From Balanoglossus misakiensis (taxonomy: Eukaryota > Animalia > Hemichordata), in contig CM082595.2 in assembly GCA_040954595.2 (NCBI GenBank), positions 10,281,918 through 10,345,917 of the forward strand: a stretch of 64,000 nucleotides of DNA. Direction: 5' to 3'. A program made the translations under genes and the position numbers. Under the pieces are notes generated by a model. The model ran no database searches and had not been told where the DNA came from. It saw only the letters and a program-made list of their open reading frames with translations. This document shows, piece by piece, positions 23,639 to 36,569 of this stretch. Within the stretch, counting starts at the first letter, position 1; each line of letters begins with the position of its first letter.

Positions 23639-24934
23639 GCCACCGACTCTTTTCCAAGTATTTCAGCTGCAAAATATGGATTTGTCAATGAGCAGTGCTT
23701 ATTTCCTAAAATTCATACGAAATCCAACGGATTTGTGTGATACGGATATTAATCTAACAATTCTTGTAATAAATATTGGGTTTCAGATTTACTTTTTGAT
23801 GCTATTGTTTTTTCTGGCGAAATTTTACAAGCAATTCACACACTTGCAAATTTTCAATAGAAATATTACTCATGATAAACATGGAGACAAAATTTCATTA
23901 GAAAAAAATCAAAAGGACTGTCATGTACGTGGCTTTGAAGGAGACTCAGTTTTTTCACAGATAAATTTTAATTTGAGTTTAAAGCCAAAATATGACAAAA
24001 TGCATTTTTCCTGCTGTACAGCTGCAGGAAAGAGACTAAGAATACCTTTATGTAATTTTTTCATTAGAAATTGGCAAAGAATAAGGAATATTTTCATAAA
24101 TTTCTAACTTTTTCAGCAGTAATTATGTAAAAAAGAGGTTTTTCGGAAATTGGAAAATGTTTTCTATACTGTTTCATGCTTTTTTCCACAATGCGTACAT
24201 TGTTTGGGGTGTGTTTTGTTGGGTTGCCTTTTTACTGCGTTGACAGCTTTGCTATCCACGGGACTAGCAATTTGGCAATCTGTGAGCGTTTTCATGTGTT
24301 TTGTTGTGGCTTCTTGACCTCTAGCTATATCAAGTGCCTCCTTCAAGGTCAGGTTCTCATCACGCCCAATAAGTTTCTTCTGTATTTCTTGGTGACAGAT
24401 CCCCCATATCAACTGATCTACGAGTCTCGCTACCTGTTCTTTTGTATCTCCAAATTTGCATTTGGCGGCTTCATTTAACAATTTCGAAAAGAAATCATCA
24501 ACTGGTTCTCCAGTGTCTTGTCTCATATCTTGGAATTGGTATCTATGTATGCGATGATTCGACTTCGGCTCTAAGTGTTCGGAAAATTTGTCGAATAGTA
24601 CTGTGGGATCTTTCCGCTGGTCTTCATTTTCAAACGACCAACTGTTGTATTTGTCAAGACCTGGTTCACCGGACCATAGAAGTATGTAGCTAGCTTTCTC
24701 TTCATCGTTAGCATCTTTAAGTGCTGTCTTAAATGTTAACTCACATTTTTGACGAAAACGACTGAAGGCTATTGCTAGATCTGGCGCGTCCCATTCCATC
24801 TTTGGGGCTGTGAAGGGCGTTTGTAGTGCGGCCGCCATCTTGTCAGGTCAGTTCGATGGTCTTTTCTTCTGTAGTTTTGGTGTCTTGTGTAGTCGATACT
24901 GTGTAAAGTCTGCTTACATCTGATCACTCACGTT

Positions 24935-24948
24935 CACCGCTGCCACCA
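24935..24948 (-). promoter_or_regulatory. Primer-binding site (tRNA-Leu) of the Gypsy element
   Basis: TGGTGGCAGCGGTG directly after the LTR; complementary to the conserved tRNA-Leu 3' end CACCGCTGCCA-CCA. Confidence 0.85.
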
Positions 24949-27900
24949 TGTTATGTTTCCATCAACATGGGAATAATAATGCGATCTTAGGTATAACAAC
25001 AACCTATTTATTGATCGGCTGAAAAGACTCAACAATGTGCTTCGCCTAATCTGGGCGGAAGTGACGTCGTACAGCAATTCATACACAAGTGGAACACCAA
25101 CAATGCAACACTAGAGGGCGCTATATTGATCGTAGTTATCAGAATACTACAATGATGACAAAAAAGTTTCGGGGTTCCGTGTAGTGCTACCCCGGAATAC
25201 AATGTTGGGTGCAGACTACAACTTTGGAAAAGAGATGCAGAATGTCATGTGATATAGTAGTGAAAACAAATACACGTTGGTTCACGTATTTCAGCTCTCA
25301 GCAATCAGGGTGCATTGAAAGGCCTTGATTGGTGTGATATTCACAATTGATGATTATAAATACTTACAGTTGTATACTGTTTTATTTTGTAAATATTGTG
25401 TACATTTGCAGCAATGAATCCGTGCGAACACAAACCTTAACCCATGCCGGAATGCTGGTACTTGCCAAGCAATCCAGGGATCTTGTACAGGCGTCACATG
25501 TCAATGTGCTGGCTGCTACCTGGGCTTCACATGTGAAACACGTGAGTACAGTACTTTGTCATTTATTAAAAAATCTAAGTGCTGAGGTACATTGTAGTAA
25601 TAATAGCAGGTGTAGTCATCATAATCATCATCATCATCATCTTTAAGTCAGTCAGTATGATCGGTAATAAAAACAGTAAAATCACCAGTATAAAAACATA
25701 ACAGAGAAATAATGAACGTGTACTGGTGTTACCATAGGTAAGTGTTGTATAAAATTTTGAATTCCTGTCTTCCAGTTCCTAATCCATGCTTCACTAGTCC
25801 TTGTCTCAATGGAGGTACCTGCCAACAACAGGCAAATTCTTGTACTGCCACCATTGGCATGTGCACAGAGTGTTACTAGGGAACCAGGTGTGAGACAAGT
25901 AAGTTTGAATCTATAGCAGTTAATAATGATAATTATCATTTTTTTATTATGATTTAAACTTCACTGATGTTGTACAAACACAAAAATAGAAATAATAATA
26001 ATAATAATAATAATTTATTTGTATAGCGTCAGTATCCACAAAAAATGTGATCAATGACGCTTAAAGCAAAAGTACAATACAACAAATGGCTAAAAAACAG
26101 ATTTAAAAAGTAAAGTTTTAACATTTGATTTAAAAACAGATAAGTCTGGTGCCTGGCGAATGGTGAGTGGAAGATTATTCCAAAGAATTGGAGCAGCAAC
26201 AGTAAAAGCACGATCACCATAACTCTTGGTGCGTGATCGAACAGGGCAGAGTTTGTACTGATCAGCTGACCTTAAATTGCGACACGGAACATATAGATTA
26301 GTCATGCTAGAAAGATAGATTGGACCAAGTTTATGAATGGATTTAAAAATGAGAACTAACATCTTAAAAACAATACGCTCTGTAACAGGTAGCCAGTGCA
26401 ACTGATACTAAATTGGAGTGATGTGACAGGTGATTTTTGAACGAGTAACAATTAGAAAGGGACAGCAGCTTAGATCTATTCCGTTTCCAAAGTGTTTGTT
26501 CTTTTAAACTACCTGTGCATTTTTTTTTTATTCTGATTATGCTAATATGCTAATTTGTCGGTTTGTCACATCACAATTTTTGTAGGAAACTCACCCCTGG
26601 GAATTTTTTTCAGCCACTTACATACATTCATAATCACATGACATTGATGATCATGGAAAATTTGACCCTTTTCCTTGTAGGACTCAACCAGTGTCCACCA
26701 AATCCGTGCCAGAATGGTGGCTTCTGTCAACCGGCTCGAAATTCCTGCTTTGATCTCACCTGCATATGTACTGGTTGCTACAAAGGTGATAGGTGTGAGA
26801 TATGTAAGTATACAGCGCAGTCTCTTTTACCTTTTGTCTCTGATGCATTCAAATACTGCATGTTTCCTGAGCATAGGTGTAGCCATCACCACAGCAGAGC
26901 TTGGAGCGTTCTTGACATCGAATGCAAGATTACACTCTTCCCAATCAAAATCACTTTCGTAGCGCATAATGTCTTGATTGTCTTAGTTCAAGAAACATTA
27001 TGCGCGACTGGCCAATTTTACTGCCTTTTGTCAACACACATCCACTATGGAAATTCTCACTCCAGGCCAGATAGTGTAAATTTGCATATGAGTCTACAGG
27101 TATGCCTGAAGTCAAGTCAAGCATTTGCAAGGAACCCTCCTCCAGTACACAGGTCTTTGATTTCATGAAGGGAAGCCTTTGCCTTACAGTCACTGCCACA
27201 TGATCTATGGAGGTGTGAACAACTTGATACCAGCCTAATATAAGTTGTAGGCACAATCACTCCACACACCCTTGCCATAATTCTGCAAGGTTTTTGCCAA
27301 GTTTGTAGAATGAGTAGCAAGGAATAAAATGGCGTCCTTTCTTAATTTCCAGTGCAAAACCCCTGTGATCCCAACCCATGTATGAATGGTGGATTTTGCC
27401 AGCAAACATCGTGCAATTTCTATTCATGCCAGTGTGTGAACTCTTACACAGGTGACATCTGTCAAACCATAGACCCTAGAGAAAGAAGGACGAGCAACTG
27501 CGGCAAAGATCAAAGGGTTTGGGGATTATCTGTATGATGATGTTCTTTTGCATATAATTAACACCCATGACAGTTGGACAATGACTTCCTTACTTCGGCA
27601 CATGTCGACCCCACCAGTGATGTGAAAACTTGCCACCAAACTGGCACTCCTGCATTTCAGCAGCCACTGCGTTTTTTTCTAAAATTCTAAAAGTATTACG
27701 ATGTCTGTGCTAATTATTATGGTTTGGTGTTCGTCTGTCGGTTGAACGGTCATTTCTAGTGCCACAAGCTTCATTTAAAAATTGTAAACAAATCATCCAT
27801 GTTTTTTGCATGTCCGACTGGGCACTCATATTTCTTGGTAACGCTGACACTTTTCGTAATAATTTTATGTTTGCGTGAAGCATTGAAACAAAAATTGTGG

Positions 27901-28282
27901 TTTAGGGGCATTTTATTTCGCAGTGCGTTAACAATAACACAGATTTCACGAAAACAATTTGTAAACAAACTGGGTGGATTTTCATGTGTGCGCTATGCAA
28001 ATACCCACATGGTAAATTAAAACTGTTACAGGTGTATTTGATTTCCACATATGGATTACATGTGTGATAATATTGGGTGCTGGCAGTTTCAGTAAATGAA
28101 CTGCTCTTAAAAGTTGGGCGTCAGGGCACCCTTGACATTGCCTGTTCCAAGCTAGAATGGTCTGTCCATATGAATATTTCTTCAGCAAGTTACAAGCAAT
28201 CTTTTTAGTTTTGAATGAAAAAATAGTGAAATGACTTGTGATGTTAATATGCAATTGTTGGTTGATTTACATGCATCTCCAG

Positions 28283-28405
28283 GACTCGGTCAATGTTCTC
28301 CCAATCTGTGCATGAACAACGGTATCTGTGAGCCAATCAGTAGATCGTGCAGTTCGTTTACCTGTCGCTGTCAAGGCTGTTTCATTGGAATCACCTGTGA
28401 CCAAG
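28283..28405 (+). pseudogene. 8-Cys EGF-like exon retained only in copy X2
   Basis: tccag| LGQCSPNLCMNNGICEPISRSCSSFTCRCQGCFIGITCDQ |gtaaat. Deleted independently at ~5608 (X1) and ~49082 (X3). Confidence 0.9.
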
Positions 28406-31400
28406 GTAAATTTATCAGACGAGGATCTGTTTATCCCCCATCATACCGGTATATTTGTCATAGCTGGCAGCTATGAAATTACCTGTATATTTAGGATGTG
28501 ACAAACCAAATAGGCACTTTCAGGAATTGAGTCTTTTTTCAATTACCAAAGTCCTAAACTCCCAAAAGTATAATAAGTAATTCTTATTGTTCAGTTATAC
28601 ATTTAGGAGGCTCAGTTATAGGAGAACCCGATAGAACCACAGCTGTAGGAATTAGGGAAATGGTCATACCCTAAAAACTTATGTCACTGCTATTTTTTTT
28701 AATGCCATTGAAACAGAACAAACTCCATGTAGGCCAAGTCCATGCCTGAACAATGGGCAGTGTACTCAGCTGTCGTGTACAACTTATGAGTGTACTTGTG
28801 CAGGATGTTTCATCGGCACACACTGCAGCCAGTGTAAAACTCATTAAAACAAACATTTGTCATGCAGGAACTAACATTTACAATCATGTCTCAATACATT
28901 GTCTGTTGGTCATACTTTATATTTTCATCTTCAGCATCACACCTTGGGCCTTGGGAATCGGTCACCTCAAAAATGATGTACAGCTGAAAGAAAACATGTT
29001 TATTTGAAGAAAAAAATGTTGATCGTTCATGAAAATTTTCCCTACACAAGATACATATACAGAGATTTTCATAGCCCCACAAGTGCGTCCCAGAATGAGC
29101 AAGTTGTTTTTAGAAGTGAAGTTCCGTTCAGTATTTACAGTAATGGTAATGATGATGTTTTTATCAAACAGATTTTGAAAGTAAATATTGCTGAGATAAC
29201 ATTAGGTTGCACTTTTTATTGCAGTCCAAGATCCATGCCAGCGAAACAGCTGTCTCAACGGGGCTGTATGTAATGCAGTGGCCAACTCCTGCACGGCATA
29301 TACCTGTGCCTGTACTGGTTGCTATGAGGGTAACTGTTGTGAAATATGTAAGTTTCTGACGTACCGTAAATGACAATCTTTTGGGCACTTTCTCTTCATG
29401 GCAATTGAATTGTGTGGTAACTTCTCATTTCTAAAATTTCCACAAGAGAAAAGAAAGGAAAAGAAAACAGAAATTTCATTTGTATGTCCGTGCAATTTAG
29501 GATAGGCACGAACTTGTGAGGAAGTGTACGAAGCTGGATGTTTTCATCACTCAAATATACAAGAGTTGCCTCTTGAAGACTAGTGTCTGTAGAGATAATT
29601 GTGCATATGAGGTAATCTCTCCTAAGGTGGTGCACACATCTGAGTATTAAGTAAAAGAGACGTCCTTAATTATCCTTACTATTTGGCTTGAAAAATCAAT
29701 CATACTAGGTGTTCTGATTAGAGAGGTGTCCATAAAGACAGGTTTTACTGTATTACCCAAAATAGAGACATTGTCCCTTCATGCGTGTTCTGGGTATGGT
29801 TCCAGTATAATGCTTGTGTCAAAGGATTTTGTTGTGGTGCAGGAATCATCTTTGGTTGAGGTGTAGCCATCTGCATTTCATGTTTTTTAAACTATTTTTT
29901 TTCTGATAGTCATTAACCCATGTGATCAGAATCCGTGTCAAAATGGAGGCTATTGTTCCCAAACACCAAATTCTTATACTGACTACACCTGTTACTGCCA
30001 GTAGTGTTGGACTGGGGCCATCTGTGCCGTAGGTGTGTCGAATTACTGTTTTATGACACAGCGTGGTATATAAACCCTCATTTTTGGTATTCTCAATGTG
30101 ATAGATGGACCCATACACCAATAAATGGGGTGGAAGCATTACTAAGTTTCATCCTTTCAAAATTTGCTGATGTAGGGTCAAAATTGAGTGTGAGGTGCAC
30201 GTTAAAAAGGAAAGCCTTCTGTATCATGTTGATGGCACATTTTTTAATTTTTCAAGATTCTTACAGAAAAATCCTAGCAATAGCATCATTATGTTATTTT
30301 AAATGTACAGGTTTGAAACAAGGAATGAAGACATTGCTCACATATTTAAACGAAATGAACATCACAAGTACATGTACAAGTTTTTGACAAGCAGGTAATT
30401 GATACTTTCATTTTTGTTTTGGCAGCCATTGATCAGTTATACTCTATGCCTTGTCAAAATGGTGGCATTTGCGTTGCGCGAGACGGCTGTTTCCTGTTTG
30501 ACTGTATGTGTACCGAATGCTTCACTGGTGCCACATGTACAATGCGTAAGTACAAACCAATATTATATTATTCAATGCAAAACACTTGTTATGTATTATA
30601 TAATATAAGTACGGTACACATATTAAAGCCCTGGTAACTCAAACTTTGGGCTAGCTTAATGTTATCACTATTTTTGTTATTGGTAAAAATCTTTGAAATT
30701 TAGTATGAAGCCTCCTAATGTTGTGTAAGTAACCATAGTTTTGTTCAAATTGTTGCAAAATTTGCATATCTATAATTTTGAGCAATATTTGCCATATTTG
30801 GTCAAAAAATGTTTTTCTTTAAAACCTCATGCCAGATTGCTTTGCAATTTGGTAGGCATGTTCGTAGGGGTAACCTAAATAATATGTTGTAAAAAATGTG
30901 ATCTTTGCATAAATGTGTTATCGGGGAAGCTTTTGCAATTTTTGTCAAAAATTGTTTTCTCTGAAACCGCTTGTCCTATTGCATTGAACTTAGGCAGCAT
31001 GTTCCTTGTAGTGATTGAAGTAAGATATTGTACAATTTTGGTGATATTTGCATATTTGTGTTTTTGCCACTTTTGAACAAATATTTTCTGTGAAACTGCT
31101 TGTTGGATTGCTTTGAAATTAGTTTTTTCTCTGATTGCTTTGAAATTTAGGATATAATTTCATAACACATACCTGTATATGTGCAACTTTTATTCAATTC
31201 TGAGATCAGAAAGATTAAATATTTAGCGAGTTTTTTTGGTAAGTTTCTTTGTTTTTGGTTAGAAAATCTTCTCCTAAACAAATTGTCCAGTTGTTTTTAA
31301 AGTTACTATTTACAAGGAGTTGTTACCTCGAACAAAGACATGTTTACATAACTTAAATAGGCTAGCTGTTACAGAGACCACCAGCTATCAAATTTTAATT

Positions 31401-32721
31401 ACCAGTGGCAGGTCAGTGTGTGTCTGTTCCAGGGCTGACTGAAAGAAGTTGCTTCGCATATGTGTTTGTACAGACAATTTTTGGTCAATTTTTTTTTTCT
31501 AGCACCACTTGTAAGACTGCCAAGACACATGACAGTTTATTGGGCATGTTCCTTGTTAATGTTTTTACATTCCATATTTCTATATGGTCAGATCATGTGC
31601 TTGCAAATGTCACCTGTAATTTTTATTCTGGTGTGTCACTGTTTCCGCATAATCCTCAAATGTCATCAGATCTCCGAATGTGATGAAAACAGTGTGTTTT
31701 GAGTGTTTTTTTAAATGACCTTTTGGGTTAAAAGTGGCAAAAATGGCTGACTTTTTTGGAATCAGCACCATTTTTTACATTGAATGGACTAGTCTGCTCA
31801 AACTTTCCTTACCAAAAATTCTGAGTGACATAACGCATTCTGTGATTGGTGCAGTCACGTACCCACCAATCGAACGCTTGTTATAAGGAGAACTGCACAA
31901 CCTTTAACCGCATTAGCATACCTGATTTTTAGGGCTCGATATTACCTCTGAGGACGCAATATTTAAGTTGAAGTTTTTCTTTTATCATATTAGAGCTAGA
32001 AGACTTGTTTTTTATGTAAAAGAAATAGACCCTAATATACAGAGTGCATTTTGAAACGATAGGCAGGTCCGGCCCATAGCCTAATTCTTCATTTTTCTGT
32101 CATGCGTAGGAATTGATCAGTGCTAACAACCCATGTCAAAATGGCAGCACTTGCCAACCCTAACCTCGTGTGTGGCATTGACGTGCACCTGCCAAGGATG
32201 CTATACTGGGAGCGCTGTGAAAATTGTCAGTCAGTTTCTTTTGTCAAATTAATCAATATGTGTGGGACTGCTATACATGTATATAAAACAGAATACTGCG
32301 ATGGAAAATTCTATAACTTAATGTTTCACTGGATATATGACTTAAAGTTAGCAGGATGCAGTGAATTCAACAGAAAGTGTAATTTCCTCTTGTGTGAGCT
32401 CTGTGCAACTGTGCCAATGAAAATCTCACCACAAACAAAAATGAAGGGTATACACTGTATATTAGCAGCTTTGTCTCTGCAATAGCCATAGTGTTTTGAA
32501 GTTGAAAACTTGCAAAGTGTGCAGTTTTATTCACACTACAAAGGAAACATTGTTGAAACGGATTATCTGTGTACATTGTCAAACTGTACACTTGTCGTGA
32601 GATTTATTCTCAATTATATTATATCATGCTACCGTCCGCAATTCTGATTGGACGAGAGCTAAATCCAGCGATGCTAAAATACTCAATAATGCACTGCTGG
32701 CAGTGGTAAAACGGGCTTTCT

Positions 32722-33912
32722 GTTTGCCACATGGGTTTGTTCTTTAGGTTGTTGTATGTGTTTACACTCATCATGTTTATTGTAGAACCAGGGTCGATCA
32801 GTGAGGCAACTGCTGTTTGTTCTATCTGCACTGTTACTCGAGGCCTCCTACCATTTGATTGTTGTACAGTGAAGCAGTATTCATCTCCCGAGCTGTCTTC
32901 CACTTTATGCACAGCTTTGACAGTTTCATCCTTGTCTACCCTATTTGCCTTGCCTTTTGATCGGTAGCATTTGGCAAAATGGTTAGGTTTGCCACACTTC
33001 CTGCATGACTTGCCTTTAGCTGGACATACTGAGTCATGTGGATAGGTGCCACCACAATCATAACAAGTGGACGGTCCTTTCGCTGGCTGCTGATGAGCTC
33101 TCTTTTGTTTATTGGGTTTCGGGCGTTGATGGCGCTGTTTTCTGACCGCATTCACAGATGCCGTGTCTGCACCATTATTATGGGGTTTCTCCTCAATCCC
33201 ACTAGCCTGAACCTCTGATACCTCAAATGAACGGGCTGTACTCAGTAGATTCTCTAGTGTCGTCTCCTCCCAAAGAGCACGACGTCTGAGACGGGCTGAT
33301 GTGAATCCTCGTATGATTTGTGATTTGACCTCTTGATCCTTATTGGTGAAGTCACATATGTTTCTGCTAGGCGTTGCAAACAAGTGTGATAGGCATCAAT
33401 CGATTCGCCGTTGTTTTGTATGGTGTCTCTGAAGATGAATCGTTCGTATTCAATGTTCCGTTTGGGTGAGAAGTACGACGCAAGCTTTAATTTGGCTGTT
33501 TCACAGCTCGTTCCTGTATCTGGTAGAGTATCAAAGAAGTTGGAAACTTCCTCACCTGCCCAGTGCAATAGCAGTGCACGTTGTCGCTTGTCATCTGTAA
33601 TGTTGAATGCGACAAATGCGTTTTCTACTCTAGCCATGTACTTTTTCCATCTCGTACTGGTGGTTGTCGGGTCTGAATGAACAGGAAAACTCCGCATTGA
33701 CGGCTAGCTGATTCTCCATGTTCTCCGTCCTCGTCGCCAAATATAGAATCGTGGGTGGGCAATAATGACAACACGAGACACCAAGTCCAGCATGTAAGAG
33801 TGAGAGTGCCTAGCCTCGTTCACGCACTTTATTCATAATGACCCGAATGTTGCATTACGTCATTTTACAGAATGTATAAAGTATAGATGCTCACCAGTGT
33901 TTGGACACTACA
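32722..33912 (-). mobile_element. Ty3/Gypsy 5' fragment: LTR, tRNA-Ser PBS, frameshifted gag-protease
   Basis: LTR 33742-33912 (TGTAG...; inner end mutated). PBS TGGCGACGAGGA at 33728-33739 matches the tRNA-Ser(GCT) 3' end. ORFs 33254-33697 and 32619-33383. Confidence 0.88.
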
Positions 33913-34388
33913 ATATACATGTGACTGCAGTGTCTTTCCAATCATGAATTTGCAAGGTGTCCTTCGGAGAAAATCTTCTGATTCTCTTTTATGATTTGCT
34001 TTGCATATATAACTTAATGATCTCATTTGTTGGAATTCCCTGTCTCAAATTTTTGATGATCAGTCTCTGCCCCATTGCTCATCGTCCCAACTTTCTTGTG
34101 TATTGAAAACCAGGAATCAACCAATGCGATCCCAATCCGTGCTTGAACAGTGGTTTCTGCCAGAGGACATCTGGATCATGTGAACTGTACACATGTTTCT
34201 GTCAGAATTGTTTTCACTGGTGACCTTTGTGAACAAAGTAAGTTTTGATTTATTGTCTTGGGTTATCAATTTATACAGTTCAAAGTATCACCATTTCTTT
34301 CAATATGTAGATTTTTTTGTTTTTCTCTACAAGTGTAATCAAGATCTGCATGAAAATTTGTGTCGCTGTTCTAGTTTATGAATTATGA

Positions 34389-35161
34389 GGCTAGTTATAC
34401 TTTGCGAAACAACGAAACAGCGAAACGAAACAGCGAAACGACGAAACCATTATTAAAATAGGGGCCAGTCATCAAGACGGTGGCGTATGATTTTTTTAAA
34501 AGTTTCCAAATAAGTTCCTGGTCTGCGGCCTGGTACTAGTGGTTGCGCGCCAAAAAAGAATCCCGCCCCAAAAGGTCAATGTACGAGTATATTCACAGGG
34601 CTAAGGATTAGTTGAAACAAAGCAGTAGTGTCCGTAAGCTTTCGAGGGTCAAACACTGATGGGGGGTAAGAGTAGTAGTTATATATAGAAACACATGTAA
34701 CTCACACAACACAGTATCATTGTCGAAATTTCTTTATTATCTTAATTGCAATTCATGCCTCCCCGCCTTGTGGTATTTAAGGAAATAGTGACAGTTGCTG
34801 CCGCATTTTGAGGTTTCGATCTTTTGTGGTTTCGTTGTGCGCGCGCGTATATTCACTGTGTATATGTAGCAGTTTGGCATGAATCGTTTGCGCGCACACG
34901 ACGTCGACTCTTCCACTACATAGTACCAGGCCGCAGACCAGGAACTGGCGACCCGCCGTTTGTTTCCAACGCCAAATTTGATTCTAATGTTGAATTTCCG
35001 AGAAAACAATTTATCTGACCTGTAGTTTTCTTGGCTCGCTTACGTTTTAATTTGGAAACTTTTAAAAAAATCATACGCCACCGTCTTGATGACTGGCCCC
35101 TATTTTAATAATGGTATCGCCATGTTTCGCTGTTTCGCTGTTTCGCAAAGTATAACTAGCC
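34389..35161. mobile_element. MITE with GG...CC termini, long TIRs and 8-bp TSD
   Basis: TIR ggctagttatactttgcgaaac...ccattattaaaataggggccagtcatcaagacggtggcgtatg; TSD aattatga at 34381-34388 and 35162-35169. Confidence 0.9.
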
Positions 35162-35733
35162 AATTATGAGGCTGTTCTATGAGCTGAGCCATTCAATGAA
35201 ATTAAACATGGTGACCATATGATTTTATCTGACCACGGAATATAATTTCTATTGATGGAGCCATTTGATTTTTTGTTTATACATGAAAATAGCAATACCG
35301 GAAGTAATTAAGCATTAAATCCCATCTTCTATGTCACACACGTGGCTATACGGGCCAGTTCATGTGATAACAAACATAATTAATGGGAAAATGGTAGCGA
35401 GAGAGAGACTTAGTCCCTTCAATTCTTGAGTTGATTGGCGAGCCACCTTCGATTCGATCAGGATGACCTCCAATCACAAAGTGTATATCAGTACATGTGA
35501 CACTAGGACTCTGAGAACTAACCAGGGGTAAGGGAAAAGGTAGCCCTTAGAAACAAATTTGGTAAGGTTACACCTGGCATGTTGAAAGATGTGCCCCCGG
35601 GACATGCCCCACCTTAGGTTGACACCAGAGTTTCACAAGAAAGTTGTGTATGACACAAAAACGGAAAATTCCCCCGTACTGACTATTCATCAGACAGTTT
35701 TATGAGTAGTAACAATAGGAGCTATGGGGGTAA

Positions 35734-36282
35734 ATGCCAAAAGAAGTTGCCCTCCTTGTCCTAGGGCAGGCGAATATGACAACAACAGATCACATAGCAT
35801 TCGTGGGAAGGAGGGGATTCAACCCACACTTTCTTATTGGTGTTGGGAAAATGATGCCCTTGAACCCATGCCCCGAAACACTTTCCGATCAAGGTATGAT
35901 CCAAGTCTGGGTGAAGGAGGGCCTTGGGGACAGGATGTTTTCAGTTATGGGGAGGCATGGGATAGGGACAATTTCGACACTTTTGCCACGTGCAGTACAG
36001 AGGGGATGCGATCAGAACCATTATCCTGGAGAGTTTGCAGGGACGTTCCATCAATATGAACTGGAAGGGTTTACCAGATATTTTACGCCACCTGCACCCC
36101 CATATTCAATGAGGCCCACACCGAACCCAGCTAGTCCATACAACCAACAGTATGAATCACCACCTCATGCTGGGCGTAGCCATAGGCTATACATGCCTGC
36201 CGGTATCGAAGACCATTATGAGTATTGGTACAAGACCCCTCTTGAGAATGAATCATGGTTCCACCCTTATGGTAAAAAGTAA
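35734..36282 (+). CDS. Uncharacterised intronless 182-aa ORF followed by AATAAA (terminal exon or captured gene)
   Basis: Open ATG-to-TAA frame with Pro/Tyr-rich C-terminus; aataaa at ~36297. 3' third conserved in frame at 12902-13063. Confidence 0.35.
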   Translation: MPKEVALLVLGQANMTTTDHIAFVGRRGFNPHFLIGVGKMMPLNPCPETLSDQGMIQVWVKEGLGDRMFSVMGRHGIGTISTLLPRAVQRGCDQNHYPGEFAGTFHQYELEGFTRYFTPPAPPYSMRPTPNPASPYNQQYESPPHAGRSHRLYMPAGIEDHYEYWYKTPLENESWFHPYGKK

Positions 36283-36569
36283 GATTACTCCATGCTAATA
36301 AATTATTAGAATGAAAGTACATTCCAAGTGACTTGTTGGGAGCATCGGGCCACTTAAACCCGAAAAATTGCAATTGGCCTGATTTTCAGTTAACCAATCT
36401 AAAGCCCAACTTTTCGTGTATTTAGTTGGGTTTCTAAAACTAACACATTTTTTGACAATATTAATGGCATGATGAACACTACTCTCATCAAATAAAATAA
36501 TGTTGTGTCGTCCACAACTGGTGTAATTTTTATGTGTTTGGAATCGTAGACACCATTTATCTTTTAGTC

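Larger units (their letters stand above)
21135..24173. mobile_element. Foldback-like non-autonomous DNA transposon, 3039 bp
   Basis: 34-bp perfect TIR aacagtatagaaaacattttccaatttccgaaaa; TSD tcat at 21131-21134 and 24174-24177; removal restores the gag reading frame. Confidence 0.93.
19678..25151 (-). mobile_element. Ty3/Gypsy LTR retrotransposon (gag-protease-RT), 3'-truncated, interrupted by a DNA transposon
   Basis: LTR 24949-25151 (TG...CA, 203 bp); PBS at 24935-24948; gag ATG 24838; protease KIDTGAQ; RT LRICLDPKDLNKAI, KLDARNGYW, RMPFGL, IADD. Confidence 0.95.
18293..36302 (+). pseudogene. Copy X2 of the Cys-rich/EGF-repeat pseudogene
   Basis: Cys-rich exons 18293-18525, 18995-19125, 19269-19402; two more lost in the Gypsy-associated deletion. 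EGF exons from ~25412, including a unique exon 28283-28405. Three EGF exons deleted at ~30677. Terminal ORF 35734-36282. Confidence 0.8.

Noticed and set aside
21388-23740. 193-aa and 273-aa ORFs of 23-aa repeats (EISRLSHSLSVWKFPTTDPCQCL) as repeat-protein genes
   Set aside because: The unit is 69 bp, a multiple of 3, so one stop-free frame propagates trivially. The conserved property is DNA dyad symmetry, and both arrays lie inside a TIR element.
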